Below, piece after piece: positions 1-8,806 of a DNA stretch of 64,000 bases. A program made the position numbers and the translations under genes. Positions within the stretch are counted from its first letter, which is position 1; every line of letters begins with the position of its first letter. A model generated the notes under the pieces. The model did not search any database. It had not been told where the DNA came from and saw only the letters and a list, made by a program, of their open reading frames with translations. This DNA is from Parcubacteria group bacterium Gr01-1014_30 (lineage in GTDB: Bacteria; Patescibacteriota; Minisyncoccia; Minisyncoccales; 2-12-FULL-40-12). The stretch lies in the NCBI GenBank assembly GCA_007376185.1, contig VMFS01000001.1, forward strand, positions 10,768 through 74,767, read 5' to 3'.

Positions 1-1020
1 AGAAGGGTAAAGGTGCTGGTAAGGTTTCAACGCCTGGTAAATTTTTTCGCCTTTTCTGACCTTCTCGGCGGCATCTGCCATTGCCTCTCTGAAGTAAAAG
101 TTACCCAAAGACCTGGAAATAATCTCCAAGCCTCTCACAATCGGTACTCCGGCCTTAATTAGAGAACTCAAAGTTCTTGCCGTGGCCGCGGAATTGATTT
201 TCCTGACAAGGCCGGAAATAACCGGAAACCTCAAAAATAACTTGGCCAGCAGGCGCTTGCCGACTTTTAAGTTGAGGACTAAGCGAAACAAAATAAAAAG
301 CAAAAGCGCCGTCAAAATAAATAAATACCACCTTTGGACCAAGGAAGTTCCCAAAAAAATTACAAACTTGGTGGTAGGAGGAAGTTCAACGCCGAGCTCG
401 TTAAAGGTTTCGGCCAGTTTGGGAATAACCACTACAAGCATAAGCACGCCTACTCCTACCATCGCGGTCAAAACCACTGCGGGGTAAACAGTAGCGCCGG
501 CAATTTTTGATTTCAGCTCGTGTTCTTTTTCCATTTGTTCTGCCAAAACATTGAGAACTTCTTCCAAGGTGCCCGACTCCTCGCCCACTTTTATCATGTT
601 CTGGAAAAGCTCCGGAAAAATTCCCTGGTGGCGAGACAGCGCCTGAAAAAAACTTTCTCCTGTGGTTATTTGGTGGGCGATGTCCAGCAAAGCGGCTTTG
701 AACTTTTTTCTTTTTGTTTGTTCAGCAAGTATCCGCAAAGCCCGCGGCAGAGATATGCCCGAAGCCACCATCACCCTTAAATTTCTGGTAAAGAACATTT
801 TCTCCTTCAGCCCCACTCCTCCGAAAATCGGCAGCAAAGAGTTCAGTTTTTTAAAAAAGGCGGCGGCCGACCTCCTCTCTTCTTCTTCCAATACTGCTTT
901 AACCAAAAGCCAGCCCTCCTCTCTTAAAACTTTGGACAACTCTTTCTCGTCTTTAGCTTCCAGGAAACCCGACTTTTGCTCCCCATTTTGTGACCTGGCC
1001 GTGTAAAAATACTTTGGCAT
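1..1020 (-). CDS. pilC: Type II secretion / type IV pilus platform protein (GspF/PilC family), C-terminus cut by window edge
   Basis: Absent from ORF track because it runs off the edge. Reverse complement from ATG at 1018-1020 reads MPKYFYTARSQNGEQKSGFLEAKDEKELSKVLREEGW...FTRNLRVMVASGISLPRALRILAEQ...NMIKVGEESGTLEEVL...VYPAVVL. Open for 340 codons to position 1. The + strand ORFs at 182-1006 are antisense shadows. Confidence 0.85.
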   Translation of the reverse strand, partial: MPKYFYTARSQNGEQKSGFLEAKDEKELSKVLREEGWLLVKAVLEEEERRSAAAFFKKLNSLLPIFGGVGLKEKMFFTRNLRVMVASGISLPRALRILAEQTKRKKFKAALLDIAHQITTGESFFQALSRHQGIFPELFQNMIKVGEESGTLEEVLNVLAEQMEKEHELKSKIAGATVYPAVVLTAMVGVGVLMLVVVIPKLAETFNELGVELPPTTKFVIFLGTSLVQRWYLFILTALLLFILFRLVLNLKVGKRLLAKLFLRFPVISGLVRKINSAATARTLSSLIKAGVPIVRGLEIISRSLGNFYFREAMADAAEKVRKGEKIYQALKPYQHLYPS

Positions 1021-1029
1021 CCCCGTATA

Positions 1030-2058
1030 TTATTTTTCTCTGTCCATAACGAAGTCGGCGAGTTTAAACAAAAGGCCTCGCCAGACGTTATCGGGCAAAC
1101 CTCTGAGCTCTTTTTTGGCTTTCTCTAAGAAACCCCTTGCCAAAAAATCCGACTCTTTTCTGCTATTGGTTTTGGCTATCATAGCTATTCCTTTTTTAAC
1201 GTCTTTTGCGGTTACTTTGCCTTTTCTCAATATAGCCAAAAAGTTTTTTTTGTCGGCGGAACTAAACTCTCTGAAACTTTTCAAAATGACGATGTTCCCG
1301 AGCTTTCTTTCCACTATGTCGCCGCCAATGACTTTACCAAATGTTTCTTGTTTACCGAAAATATCCAAGATGTCGTCTTTAATCTGAAACACCAGTCCCA
1401 AATTAAATCCGTACTTTCTTAAAGACGCCAAATCTTTCTTGCTAGCTCCAGCGGCCATCGCGCCCAAAGCGCAGCACGTTCCAAACAAATGCGCTGTTTT
1501 TCCCCCTACCATCATAAAGTAATCTTTTTCGGTTACCTTATAATACCTATTTTCGACAACGTAGGGCTCATCCTCTCTCCCTGACTGTTCAAAGAGAATG
1601 TCCATAATTTCGCCGTCCATAACCGCTTTTAAACTTTCGGCAAAAAGCTCCGCCACTTCAGCCGGCCTTTTTACTTTAGCGGCCGCTTGAAAAGCTGACG
1701 CCGCAAAAGCCCAAGAAACGCATTCAGCAATTGACCTGCCAAACTTGGACCAAACCGTGGGGCTTCCCCTTCTTAAAGTGCTGTTGTCAATAATGTCGTC
1801 TATAATAAGAGTGTAGTTATGCAGTATCTCCAAGCCCGCTGCCTGGCGCAAAACGTCTTTGGTTTTGCCGCCAAGCATTCTGCAGCTGACTATGGCCAAA
1901 ACAGGTCGCAACCTTTTGCCTCCGGTCAAAAAGTGATACTTAACAAGCCCTTGATGCTTTTTATCAACAAAAGAAGCCAAAACTTCCTTGATATAAGAAT
2001 CAATAACTTTGCTGAATTTTCTCAGCGCAAAATCTAACTTTTTAAAACCCCTGCGCAT
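1030..2058 (-). CDS. Polyprenyl diphosphate synthase (trans-prenyltransferase, GGPP/FPP synthase-like)
   Basis: 342-aa ORF carrying both Asp-rich motifs (LIIDDIIDN and FQIKDDILDIFG). Confidence 0.85.
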   Translation of the reverse strand: MRRGFKKLDFALRKFSKVIDSYIKEVLASFVDKKHQGLVKYHFLTGGKRLRPVLAIVSCRMLGGKTKDVLRQAAGLEILHNYTLIIDDIIDNSTLRRGSPTVWSKFGRSIAECVSWAFAASAFQAAAKVKRPAEVAELFAESLKAVMDGEIMDILFEQSGREDEPYVVENRYYKVTEKDYFMMVGGKTAHLFGTCCALGAMAAGASKKDLASLRKYGFNLGLVFQIKDDILDIFGKQETFGKVIGGDIVERKLGNIVILKSFREFSSADKKNFLAILRKGKVTAKDVKKGIAMIAKTNSRKESDFLARGFLEKAKKELRGLPDNVWRGLLFKLADFVMDREK

Positions 2059-2164
2059 TTACTTATATTAACAACTTAATTCACAAATTAAAAGAGAGAG
2101 AGGCTTGGCAAGACTTAGGGTTGACAAGATTTCTTGGGCTGATATAGTAAGAGGTGCAAAAGCA

Positions 2165-2284
2165 ATGGAAAAAATGTCTATGGCAGAAAAGGAAATTTCC
2201 CTTTGCAGAACTTTTGTTAAAAATATCCTCGGGGGAATCGTTTTTGGCATTCACGCCTTGACCTTCGCCAAAATGATTCGTTGA
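2165..2284 (+). CDS. Candidate 39-aa small hydrophobic protein (unproven)
   Basis: MEKMSMAEKEISLCRTFVKNILGGIVFGIHALTFAKMIR, below the ORF-track size cutoff. GAGGTG lies about 8 nt upstream and TTGACA-16-TATAGT at 2121-2148. That promoter would place the TSS inside the SD, so the two signals conflict. Confidence 0.2.
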   Translation: MEKMSMAEKEISLCRTFVKNILGGIVFGIHALTFAKMIR

Positions 2285-2309
2285 CGGGGACTGACCAAAA
2301 GTTTATATT
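2281..2309 (+). promoter_or_regulatory. Sigma70-like promoter upstream of greA
   Basis: TTGACG (2281-2286), 17-nt spacer, TATATT (2304-2309). Confidence 0.4.
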
Positions 2310-2318
2310 TCAAGTTAG

Positions 2319-2342
2319 TCCCCTCAAAAAAGGGGATTTTTT
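2319..2342 (+). terminator. Intrinsic-terminator-like hairpin in the greA leader
   Basis: TCCCCT / CAAAAA loop / AGGGGA followed by T6, ending 16 nt before the greA ATG. Confidence 0.45.
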
Positions 2343-2357
2343 GACCCCCACAGTAAA

Positions 2358-2837
2358 ATGACGGACGAAAAAATTTTTTACCTAACTAAAAAGGGGTTGG
2401 AAAAAGTGAGGCGGGAGTATGCAGAACTCAGAAAGCTTCGTTTAGCCAAGACGAAAGGAGACGTGCCCAGAATTTTGCAGTCAGAGGACGTAAACCCGGA
2501 ATACCTATCTTTCCAGGAGGACTTGGGCTTTTTGGAAATAAGAATAGCCGAACTGGAAAACATCCTGAAAAACACCAGGATGATTAAAATTCCGCCCAAA
2601 GAAAAAAGAGAGGCCGTCAACTTGGGAGCCACGGTAACTTTAGAAGAGCAAGACGGCAAGGTTAACGAGTTTATGATTGTGGGAACTTTGGAGGCCAATC
2701 CTATTCAAGGTAAAATATCTTCGGAGTCGCCCGTGGGCAAAGAACTCTTAGGGAAGCTGGTCGGCGACCAGGTAACCATTTCTTCCCCAGTAAAGGTTGT
2801 TTACAAGATTAAGAAAATAAAGTACCAGCTTTCATAA
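2358..2837 (+). CDS. greA: Transcription elongation factor GreA
   Basis: 159 aa. N-terminal coiled coil (YLTKKGLEKVRREYAELRKLR) and C-terminal domain (ISSESPVGKELLGKLVGDQV) typical of GreA. Confidence 0.9.
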   Translation: MTDEKIFYLTKKGLEKVRREYAELRKLRLAKTKGDVPRILQSEDVNPEYLSFQEDLGFLEIRIAELENILKNTRMIKIPPKEKREAVNLGATVTLEEQDGKVNEFMIVGTLEANPIQGKISSESPVGKELLGKLVGDQVTISSPVKVVYKIKKIKYQLS

Positions 2838-2852
2838 CGCTTTATTACTCAT

Positions 2853-4004
2853 ATGAAAGGCGTTCTTGATTTTTTAATCGCGGCAAAGCAATTAACGGAA
2901 AAACCGAGGGCTGGATGGGTCGCCAGAAGAGTCCAAAGTCCGGAAACAACCGCCGAACATATGTTCAGAGTCGCCTTCATGGCTTATATTTTGGGAAGCA
3001 AAAAAGGGCTCAGATTAAAGAACTGCTTAAAAGAAGCCGTTTTAAGCGACTTTCCTGAAACTAAAAGGGGCTCTGACGATTTTTTGAGGGCGAAAAACTC
3101 TTTGGCAAAATTAACTGCTCCTTTAAGAGAAGACCTTCAGCGCGAAATCACTCTAAGATGGCTGGAGTCAGAAAAAGAAATTTCCAAGGAAGGAAAATTT
3201 GTCGCGCAGCTGGACTTGGTGGAAAACTTGATTCAAGCTTTAGAATATCTCGGTTCAGGAGGCAGCCGGGATTTTCTTGAGTTTGCAGAGAAAAAAGTTG
3301 ACGACCCGCTTTTGAAGAATTTTCTGGAAGTAATCAAAAAAAAGTTTTACGGCGCGAAAAGCGCCAAAAAGCAAAAAGAATTAAAGAACATTCTGGAGTT
3401 CTTGCTGCAAGTCGGCAAGTTAAAAAGGATGGGCAGATTGTATTGGAAGTTGAGAAACATTAAAAATCCGGAAACCGTTGCCGACCATATCTATACCCTA
3501 ACTTTAGCCGCTTGGCTTTTGGCTGCTGGCAGAAAAGAGCTGAGTTTGGAAAAACTGCTCAAAATGTCGCTTTGCCACGAACTGTCAGCCGTTTATACGG
3601 GCGATACCACGCCTTACGACAGGATTTTAAGAGAAGGCGGTACGGAAAAAAGGGAAGAAATATTAAAAAGAGTGATTCGCCTTTCAAAAAAGGAGAAAGA
3701 AAGCATTTTTATTCAGGACTACAAGCAGGAAAAAAGGTCTCTGGAAAAACTCGTGCACTCTCTCGCCCCGCACTTGGCGAAAGAAATAATCAAACTATGG
3801 CAAGAATACAGAACCAAGAGCTCGCAGGAAGGAAGATTTCTGTCACAGCTCAATGTCGCGGTGATGTTGCTCCAGGGGCTCATCTACGAAAAGAAGTACG
3901 ACAATTTTTCAGCGGCTCCACTTTGGGAGTTGGCTTTTGAAATTTCTGACCACACCTTGATCTTGAAGTTTCTTGACGAAATGAAGCAAAAATTCTACAC
4001 CTAA
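2853..4004 (+). CDS. Tandem HD-superfamily (YfbR-like) domain protein; first copy degenerate
   Basis: Two repeats of the PRAGW...ETxAEH / R.YW...ETVADH pattern. The second retains CHELSAVYTGD (an HD-like metal site); the first has LSDFPE instead. Confidence 0.65.
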   Translation: MKGVLDFLIAAKQLTEKPRAGWVARRVQSPETTAEHMFRVAFMAYILGSKKGLRLKNCLKEAVLSDFPETKRGSDDFLRAKNSLAKLTAPLREDLQREITLRWLESEKEISKEGKFVAQLDLVENLIQALEYLGSGGSRDFLEFAEKKVDDPLLKNFLEVIKKKFYGAKSAKKQKELKNILEFLLQVGKLKRMGRLYWKLRNIKNPETVADHIYTLTLAAWLLAAGRKELSLEKLLKMSLCHELSAVYTGDTTPYDRILREGGTEKREEILKRVIRLSKKEKESIFIQDYKQEKRSLEKLVHSLAPHLAKEIIKLWQEYRTKSSQEGRFLSQLNVAVMLLQGLIYEKKYDNFSAAPLWELAFEISDHTLILKFLDEMKQKFYT

Positions 4005-4043
4005 AATAGTTTTTATCCTGTCAAAATCGGCCCTAAAATAAAA

Positions 4044-4072
4044 AGCGGGGTTGCACCCCTGCTTTTGTTTTT
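4044..4072 (+). terminator. Rho-independent terminator after the HD gene
   Basis: AGCGGGG-TTGCA-CCCCTGCT stem-loop followed by TTTTGTTTTT. Confidence 0.6.
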
Positions 4073-4151
4073 GAGGTGAGTGGGATAAAACCCCGCACCT
4101 TTTCACGTTTTGTATTATATCTCAATAATCCAAACAAAACCTTTTATTTCG

Positions 4152-4180
4152 TTGACCAAAGAAAAGGTGCGGGGTAAAAT
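4152..4180 (+). promoter_or_regulatory. Promoter giving a near-leaderless yjbQ mRNA
   Basis: TTGACC (4152-4157), 17 nt, TAAAAT (4175-4180). ATG at 4190, no SD. Confidence 0.45.
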
Positions 4181-4189
4181 AGAAAAACA

Positions 4190-4600
4190 ATGAAGTTCTC
4201 AGTTTCAACAGAGGGACACAACCACGTTATTGACATCACCGACAAGGTTTCGGAGTTTGTAGAAAAGTTTGGGGTCAAGGACGGCTTTGTTTTGATTTCC
4301 TGCCCCGGGTCAACGGTTGGCATCACGACTCTTGAGGCGGAACCGAACTTGATTGAGGACTTGCGAGAGTTTTTGGAGAAACTGGTTCCTGCAGATAAAA
4401 AGTACCGGCACGCCCAAACCTGGGGCGACGACAACGCGCCCTCGCACATCAGATCGGCCTTAATTCCGCCTTCTCTAACTGTGCCTATCGAGAACAGAAA
4501 ATTGGTTTTGGGCCAATGGCAAAACATTGTTTTAATTGACTTTGACAATCGTCCGAGACAAAGGGAAATTTATGTTCAAGTCAGTAAACAAAGTAATTAA
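4190..4600 (+). CDS. yjbQ: YjbQ/UPF0047 family protein (secondary thiamine-phosphate synthase-type)
   Basis: 136 aa. MKFSVSTEGHNHVIDITDKV...GSTVGITTLEAEP...HIRSALIPPSLTVPIENRKLVLGQWQ matches the YjbQ family pattern. Confidence 0.8.
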   Translation: MKFSVSTEGHNHVIDITDKVSEFVEKFGVKDGFVLISCPGSTVGITTLEAEPNLIEDLREFLEKLVPADKKYRHAQTWGDDNAPSHIRSALIPPSLTVPIENRKLVLGQWQNIVLIDFDNRPRQREIYVQVSKQSN

Positions 4601-5186
4601 AACTCTGGTCTTTTACGACCTTATTCTGCTCTTTGGCTGGGGACTTGTCGTGCCTATTGTCGCGATTTTCATCGTCGAAAACATCAAAGGAGGCAACGCT
4701 CAGGTTGCGGGAGTGGCTATTGGCGTCTACTGGCTCTTAAAATCCGCGTTGCAAGTGCCCATAGCCAACTACTTGGACAAAAATCACGGCGAGAGAGATG
4801 ATTATTACTTTTTGGTAGGCGGAACTATCTTAGCGAGCTTAACTCCTGTTGGTTTTATTTTTGCTTCCCTACCATGGCATATTTATCTTTTACAGGCGTT
4901 GCACGCTTTGGGAATGGCAGCTGCCGTGCCTGCTTGGGCCGGAATCTTTACAAGACACATTAACAGAGGAAAAGAAGCCCAAAGCTGGGCTTTGGACAGT
5001 TCGGCCGTGGGTATTGGCATGGGGGCGTCTGGCATTGTAGGAGGCGCCATAGCAGAAGTTTTTGGCTTTACTCCGGTTTTTATTCTCGTTGGTATCTTGG
5101 GCATAATTTCTGCCTTGCTGCTTTTCCTAATCAAAGAAGACCTTTCGCCCAAAGGAAAAGTATTTCCTATGCCAAAACCGCAGTAA
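4572..5186 (+). CDS. Polytopic membrane protein (MFS-half-like)
   Basis: ATG at 4572 (MFKSVNKVIKTLVFYDLILLFGW...). About 6 hydrophobic helices. The upstream part of ORF 4536 overlaps yjbQ and is unlikely to be coding. Confidence 0.55.
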   Translation: MFKSVNKVIKTLVFYDLILLFGWGLVVPIVAIFIVENIKGGNAQVAGVAIGVYWLLKSALQVPIANYLDKNHGERDDYYFLVGGTILASLTPVGFIFASLPWHIYLLQALHALGMAAAVPAWAGIFTRHINRGKEAQSWALDSSAVGIGMGASGIVGGAIAEVFGFTPVFILVGILGIISALLLFLIKEDLSPKGKVFPMPKPQ

Positions 5187-5187
5187 G

Positions 5188-6933
5188 ATGAAAAATCAGG
5201 AAATAGCCAACATTTTTTACGAGATAGCTGATTTTCTGGAAATGGAAAGAGTGGCTTTCAGGCCCCAGGCTTATAAAAAAGCTGCCCTAACTTTGGAAGC
5301 GATGGAAAAAGACGTGGCGGATGTTTACAAAGAAGGCGGCCGGGCCGCATTGGAAAATATTCCCGGAGTGGGCAAGGGAATTTCAGAAAGGATTGAAGAA
5401 TATTTAAGAACCGGAAAAATAAAGTACTTGGAGCAGTTAAAGAAAAAGACGCCCGTCAACATAGAAGAAATGATAAAAGTTGAAGGACTGGGTCCGAAAA
5501 AAGTGAAAGTTCTTTTTGAAAAGTTGGGGGTAAGAAACTTAAATGACCTGGAAAAGGCGGCCAGAGCTCACAAAGTAGCTCCCCTTTTTGGTTTTGGCGA
5601 AAAGACCGAAAAAAACATTTTGGAAGGCATAGAGTTTTTGAAAAGAAGCAAAGGCAGGTTTTTGCTTGGCGAAATTTTACCCATGGTTTCAGAAATCAAA
5701 GAAAAATTGGAGAAACTGACGGAAGTTGAGCGCGTTGACTACTGCGGCTCAATAAGGAGAATGAAAGAAACAATCGGCGACGTTGACTTTTTGGTGATTT
5801 CAAAAAATCCAGAGAAAGTTATGGATTTTTTCGTTTCTTTGCCCGGCGTCGTCAAGGTCTGGGGTAAAGGAAAGACAAAAGCGTCCGTAAGAGTGAAAGA
5901 CGGCTACGACATGGATATAAGGGTGGTGCCAGAGCGGGTTTACGGCTCTGCCTTCCAGTACTTTACCGGCTCAAAAGAACACAACATCGTTACCAGAAAA
6001 ATTGCCATAGACAAAGGTCTAAAACTTTCAGAATACGGCCTTTTTCGCGGCTCAAGGACTGTTGTGGGCAAAACAGAGGAGGAAATTTACAAAGCGCTTG
6101 GCATGGTCTGCCCACCCCCAGAAATAAGAGAAAATCAAGGCGAGATTGAAGCCGCCCTTCGCCAAGCTCAGGGAAAACCTAACGGATTGCCAAAACTGGT
6201 TGAACTCGATGACGTTAAAGGAGACCTGCACACTCACTCTGACTGGAACGGAGGGAAAAACTCCATTGAAGAAATGGCAAAAGCCGCCCAAAATATGGGT
6301 TATGAGTACATAGGAATAGCTGACCACACCAAGTTTTTGCGAATTGAAAAAGGACTAAATGAAAAACAACTGGAACAACGCAATAAGGAAATAGAAAAAC
6401 TAAATTCTAGATTCCAGATTCAAAATTCTAGATTCCGCATACTCAAGGGGTGCGAGGCGAATATAATGAATGACGGTTCAATTGACATTAAAGACGAGGC
6501 CTTGGCAAAACTTGACTACGTCATTGCCGGAGTTCACTCCAACTTCAAAATGGAAAAAGATAAAATGACGGAGAGAATGATGAGAGCAATGAAAAGTCCT
6601 CACGTTGACGTAATTTCCCACCCTACGGGACGTTTAATTAAAAAACGTGATGAGTACCAAATCGACATGGAAAAAATTTTTAGGGTGGCTAAAGAAACCG
6701 GCACGATTCTAGAAATAAACGCTCATCCCGAAAGATTGGACTTAAACGACCAAAACGTCCGCCGCGCCAAGGACCTCGGAGTCAAAATGATAATCAACAC
6801 CGACTCCCATCACAAAGACCAGTTAAGATTTATGAAGTTTGGGGTAGCGCAAGCCCGCCGCGGCTGGGCCGAAAAAGAAGACATAATAAATACGCAACCG
6901 TTAGAGAAATTGCTGAGATGCTTTAAAAATTAA
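5188..6933 (+). CDS. polX: DNA polymerase X family protein with C-terminal PHP domain (PolX)
   Basis: 581 aa. HhH/Pol-beta-like N-terminal half (GVGKGISERIEEYL, GDVDFLV) and PHP half (DLHTHSDWNGG, GIADH, SHPTGR, NTDSHH). Confidence 0.9.
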   Translation: MKNQEIANIFYEIADFLEMERVAFRPQAYKKAALTLEAMEKDVADVYKEGGRAALENIPGVGKGISERIEEYLRTGKIKYLEQLKKKTPVNIEEMIKVEGLGPKKVKVLFEKLGVRNLNDLEKAARAHKVAPLFGFGEKTEKNILEGIEFLKRSKGRFLLGEILPMVSEIKEKLEKLTEVERVDYCGSIRRMKETIGDVDFLVISKNPEKVMDFFVSLPGVVKVWGKGKTKASVRVKDGYDMDIRVVPERVYGSAFQYFTGSKEHNIVTRKIAIDKGLKLSEYGLFRGSRTVVGKTEEEIYKALGMVCPPPEIRENQGEIEAALRQAQGKPNGLPKLVELDDVKGDLHTHSDWNGGKNSIEEMAKAAQNMGYEYIGIADHTKFLRIEKGLNEKQLEQRNKEIEKLNSRFQIQNSRFRILKGCEANIMNDGSIDIKDEALAKLDYVIAGVHSNFKMEKDKMTERMMRAMKSPHVDVISHPTGRLIKKRDEYQIDMEKIFRVAKETGTILEINAHPERLDLNDQNVRRAKDLGVKMIINTDSHHKDQLRFMKFGVAQARRGWAEKEDIINTQPLEKLLRCFKN

Positions 6934-7126
6934 CCTAATTGACCTAATTATTCTAATCAAATACCGAATCTCGCAAAGCGAGGCGAGGGGGGAGATGAAA
7001 CGAAGTTTCAGCGACCGCCAATGTCTAATACCAGAATGCCAAAAAACGTTTAGACATTAGACATTCAGGTATTAGTATTTGATTAGGTTAATTGGAAATT
7101 AGAATAATTAGAATAATTTATCACAT
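6934..7126. repeat. Nested palindromic intergenic element filling the whole polX-NUDIX gap
   Basis: Outer arms TAACCTAAT..CTAATCAAATAC / GTATTTGATTAGGTTAATT. Inner arms AATGTCTAATACC / GGTATTAG..TAGACATT. The core carries the GAAACGAAGTTTCAGCGAC motif. Confidence 0.6.
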
Positions 7127-7588
7127 ATGCCGGTAGAGAAATCGGCCGGCGCCGTAGTTTTCCGGCGCGAAGGCGAAAATATAAAATACTTGCTCTTGCA
7201 TTATCCGTCTCTAGCTCAATCTGCAAAATCAAGAACCCAAAAAAGTTATTGGGACTTCCCGAAGGGCCACATTGAAAAAGGAGAAAAGGAAATTGATACG
7301 GCCAGACGTGAAGTTAGCGAAGAAACCGGACTGATCGACGTCAAGTTTATTGAAAAATTTAAATCAGTAATAAGATATTTTTTCAGATTTAAGGGGGAAA
7401 ACATTTTAAAGTTCGTTACTTTTTATTTGGCTCAAACCAAAACAAGCGAAGTAAAAATTTCTGAAGAGCATTTGGACTATGACTGGCTGCGCTACGAGGA
7501 AGCGATTGAAAAATTAAAGTTTAAAAACGCCAAAGACGTTCTCAAAGCAGCCAACGAGTTTTTAACACGCAATGAAGCAAAACAATAA
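7127..7588 (+). CDS. NUDIX hydrolase
   Basis: Nudix box GHIEKGEKEIDTARREVSEETGL. Confidence 0.85.
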   Translation: MPVEKSAGAVVFRREGENIKYLLLHYPSLAQSAKSRTQKSYWDFPKGHIEKGEKEIDTARREVSEETGLIDVKFIEKFKSVIRYFFRFKGENILKFVTFYLAQTKTSEVKISEEHLDYDWLRYEEAIEKLKFKNAKDVLKAANEFLTRNEAKQ

Positions 7589-8552
7589 CAAATACCCCGG
7601 TAGTGGAAGTTTGGCAAATCGCCAAGGGCGGCAAAATGGATTTTTGCGGAGCAAAAATCACAGCCGAACTTCTACTACCGGGTACGTTATCGGAGTTGAC
7701 GGGGGCGGAACAAAGACGATTGCCGCCCTAGCCAACTTGCAAGGCAAAATTTTAAAAATGGGTAAATCCGGCGCTTCCAGTCCGAGAAATGTTGGAATTG
7801 AAAAAACCGCCAGGAATGTTGCCAAAGCAGTCAAGAAAGTCTTACCAAAAGAGAGAAGAAAAGTCCTGTCCATTTTTGTCGGCTTGCCCGCCGTACAAGA
7901 GGAGTTTGAGTCAAAAGTTATGGAGATAAAAAAAATAATCTCGCGGCAAGTTAAGGGAAAGTTAGCCGTGGGTTCTGACCAACTGGTGGCTTTCAGGTCG
8001 GGAACCGACAGCAAAGACGGCATAGTCTTGATAGCCGGGACCGGCTGCGTGGCCCACGGCTGGAAAGGCAAGAAAGAACATAAAAGCTCTGGCTGGGGCT
8101 GGCTGGCCGATGAGGGCTCTGGTTTTTGGATAGGCCAAAGAGTTTTTCAAGCGGCTTTCAGGGACTTTGACGGCAGAGGACCAAAGACATCTTTGAAGGT
8201 TCCTATTAAAAAAATATATGCAATATATGCGCAAAATTTTGTTAAAGAAGTTTCTTCGCTTTCAATAATATGCGACCAACGCGCCCGCAAAGGCGACAAG
8301 GTTTCAAAACTCATCTTAACGGAGGCAGGCAGAGAGCTGGCTGAAAGCGTCAAAACCGTAGTAAAAAAACTGAATTTGGCAAAAAACGCATTCCCTTTAG
8401 TTTTGATTGGTAGCGTTTTAAAATCAAAAATTGTTTTGGAGCAACTAAAAAGGGGGGTTAAAAAGTACTACCCAAAGGTTCAGTTTGTTCAACCAGAAAA
8501 AGAGCCGGTAACAGGAGCTGTAAAACTAGCCATAGAGCAAATAAGGAGCTAA
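7572..8552 (+). CDS. BadF/BadG/BcrA/BcrD-type ATPase (N-acetylglucosamine-kinase-like)
   Basis: YVIGVDGGGTKT phosphate-1 motif and AGTGCVAHG. The low-complexity N-terminus suggests the true start may be further downstream. Confidence 0.7.
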   Translation: MKQNNNKYPGSGSLANRQGRQNGFLRSKNHSRTSTTGYVIGVDGGGTKTIAALANLQGKILKMGKSGASSPRNVGIEKTARNVAKAVKKVLPKERRKVLSIFVGLPAVQEEFESKVMEIKKIISRQVKGKLAVGSDQLVAFRSGTDSKDGIVLIAGTGCVAHGWKGKKEHKSSGWGWLADEGSGFWIGQRVFQAAFRDFDGRGPKTSLKVPIKKIYAIYAQNFVKEVSSLSIICDQRARKGDKVSKLILTEAGRELAESVKTVVKKLNLAKNAFPLVLIGSVLKSKIVLEQLKRGVKKYYPKVQFVQPEKEPVTGAVKLAIEQIRS

Positions 8553-8554
8553 AT

Positions 8555-8806
8555 ATGCCATCCTTCCAAGAAAAAGTTTTTCAGGTTGTTAAGAAAATCC
8601 CCAAAGGCAAAGTCTTGACTTATAAACAAGTTGCCCAAAAAGCAGGCAGACCATTAGCTTGGCGCGCCGTAGGGAACATTTTAAACAAAAATAAAAACCC
8701 GAAGATTCCTTGTCATCGGGTAATTCGTTCTCACGGCATCCTAGGTGGCTACCGCTCAGGGCCTAGGAAAAAGGCATTCTTATTAAAGAAAGAAGGTGCT
8801 ATTTAA
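8555..8806 (+). CDS. MGMT-family (methylated-DNA-protein-cysteine methyltransferase DNA-binding domain) protein
   Basis: 83 aa with IPKGKVLTYKQVA...PCHRVI active-site-type motif. Confidence 0.8.
   Translation: MPSFQEKVFQVVKKIPKGKVLTYKQVAQKAGRPLAWRAVGNILNKNKNPKIPCHRVIRSHGILGGYRSGPRKKAFLLKKEGAI

Noticed and set aside
182-1006. Three plus-strand ORFs (101, 86 and 114 aa) at the window start.
   Set aside because: All are antisense to an uninterrupted GspF/PilC-family reading frame that runs off the window edge.
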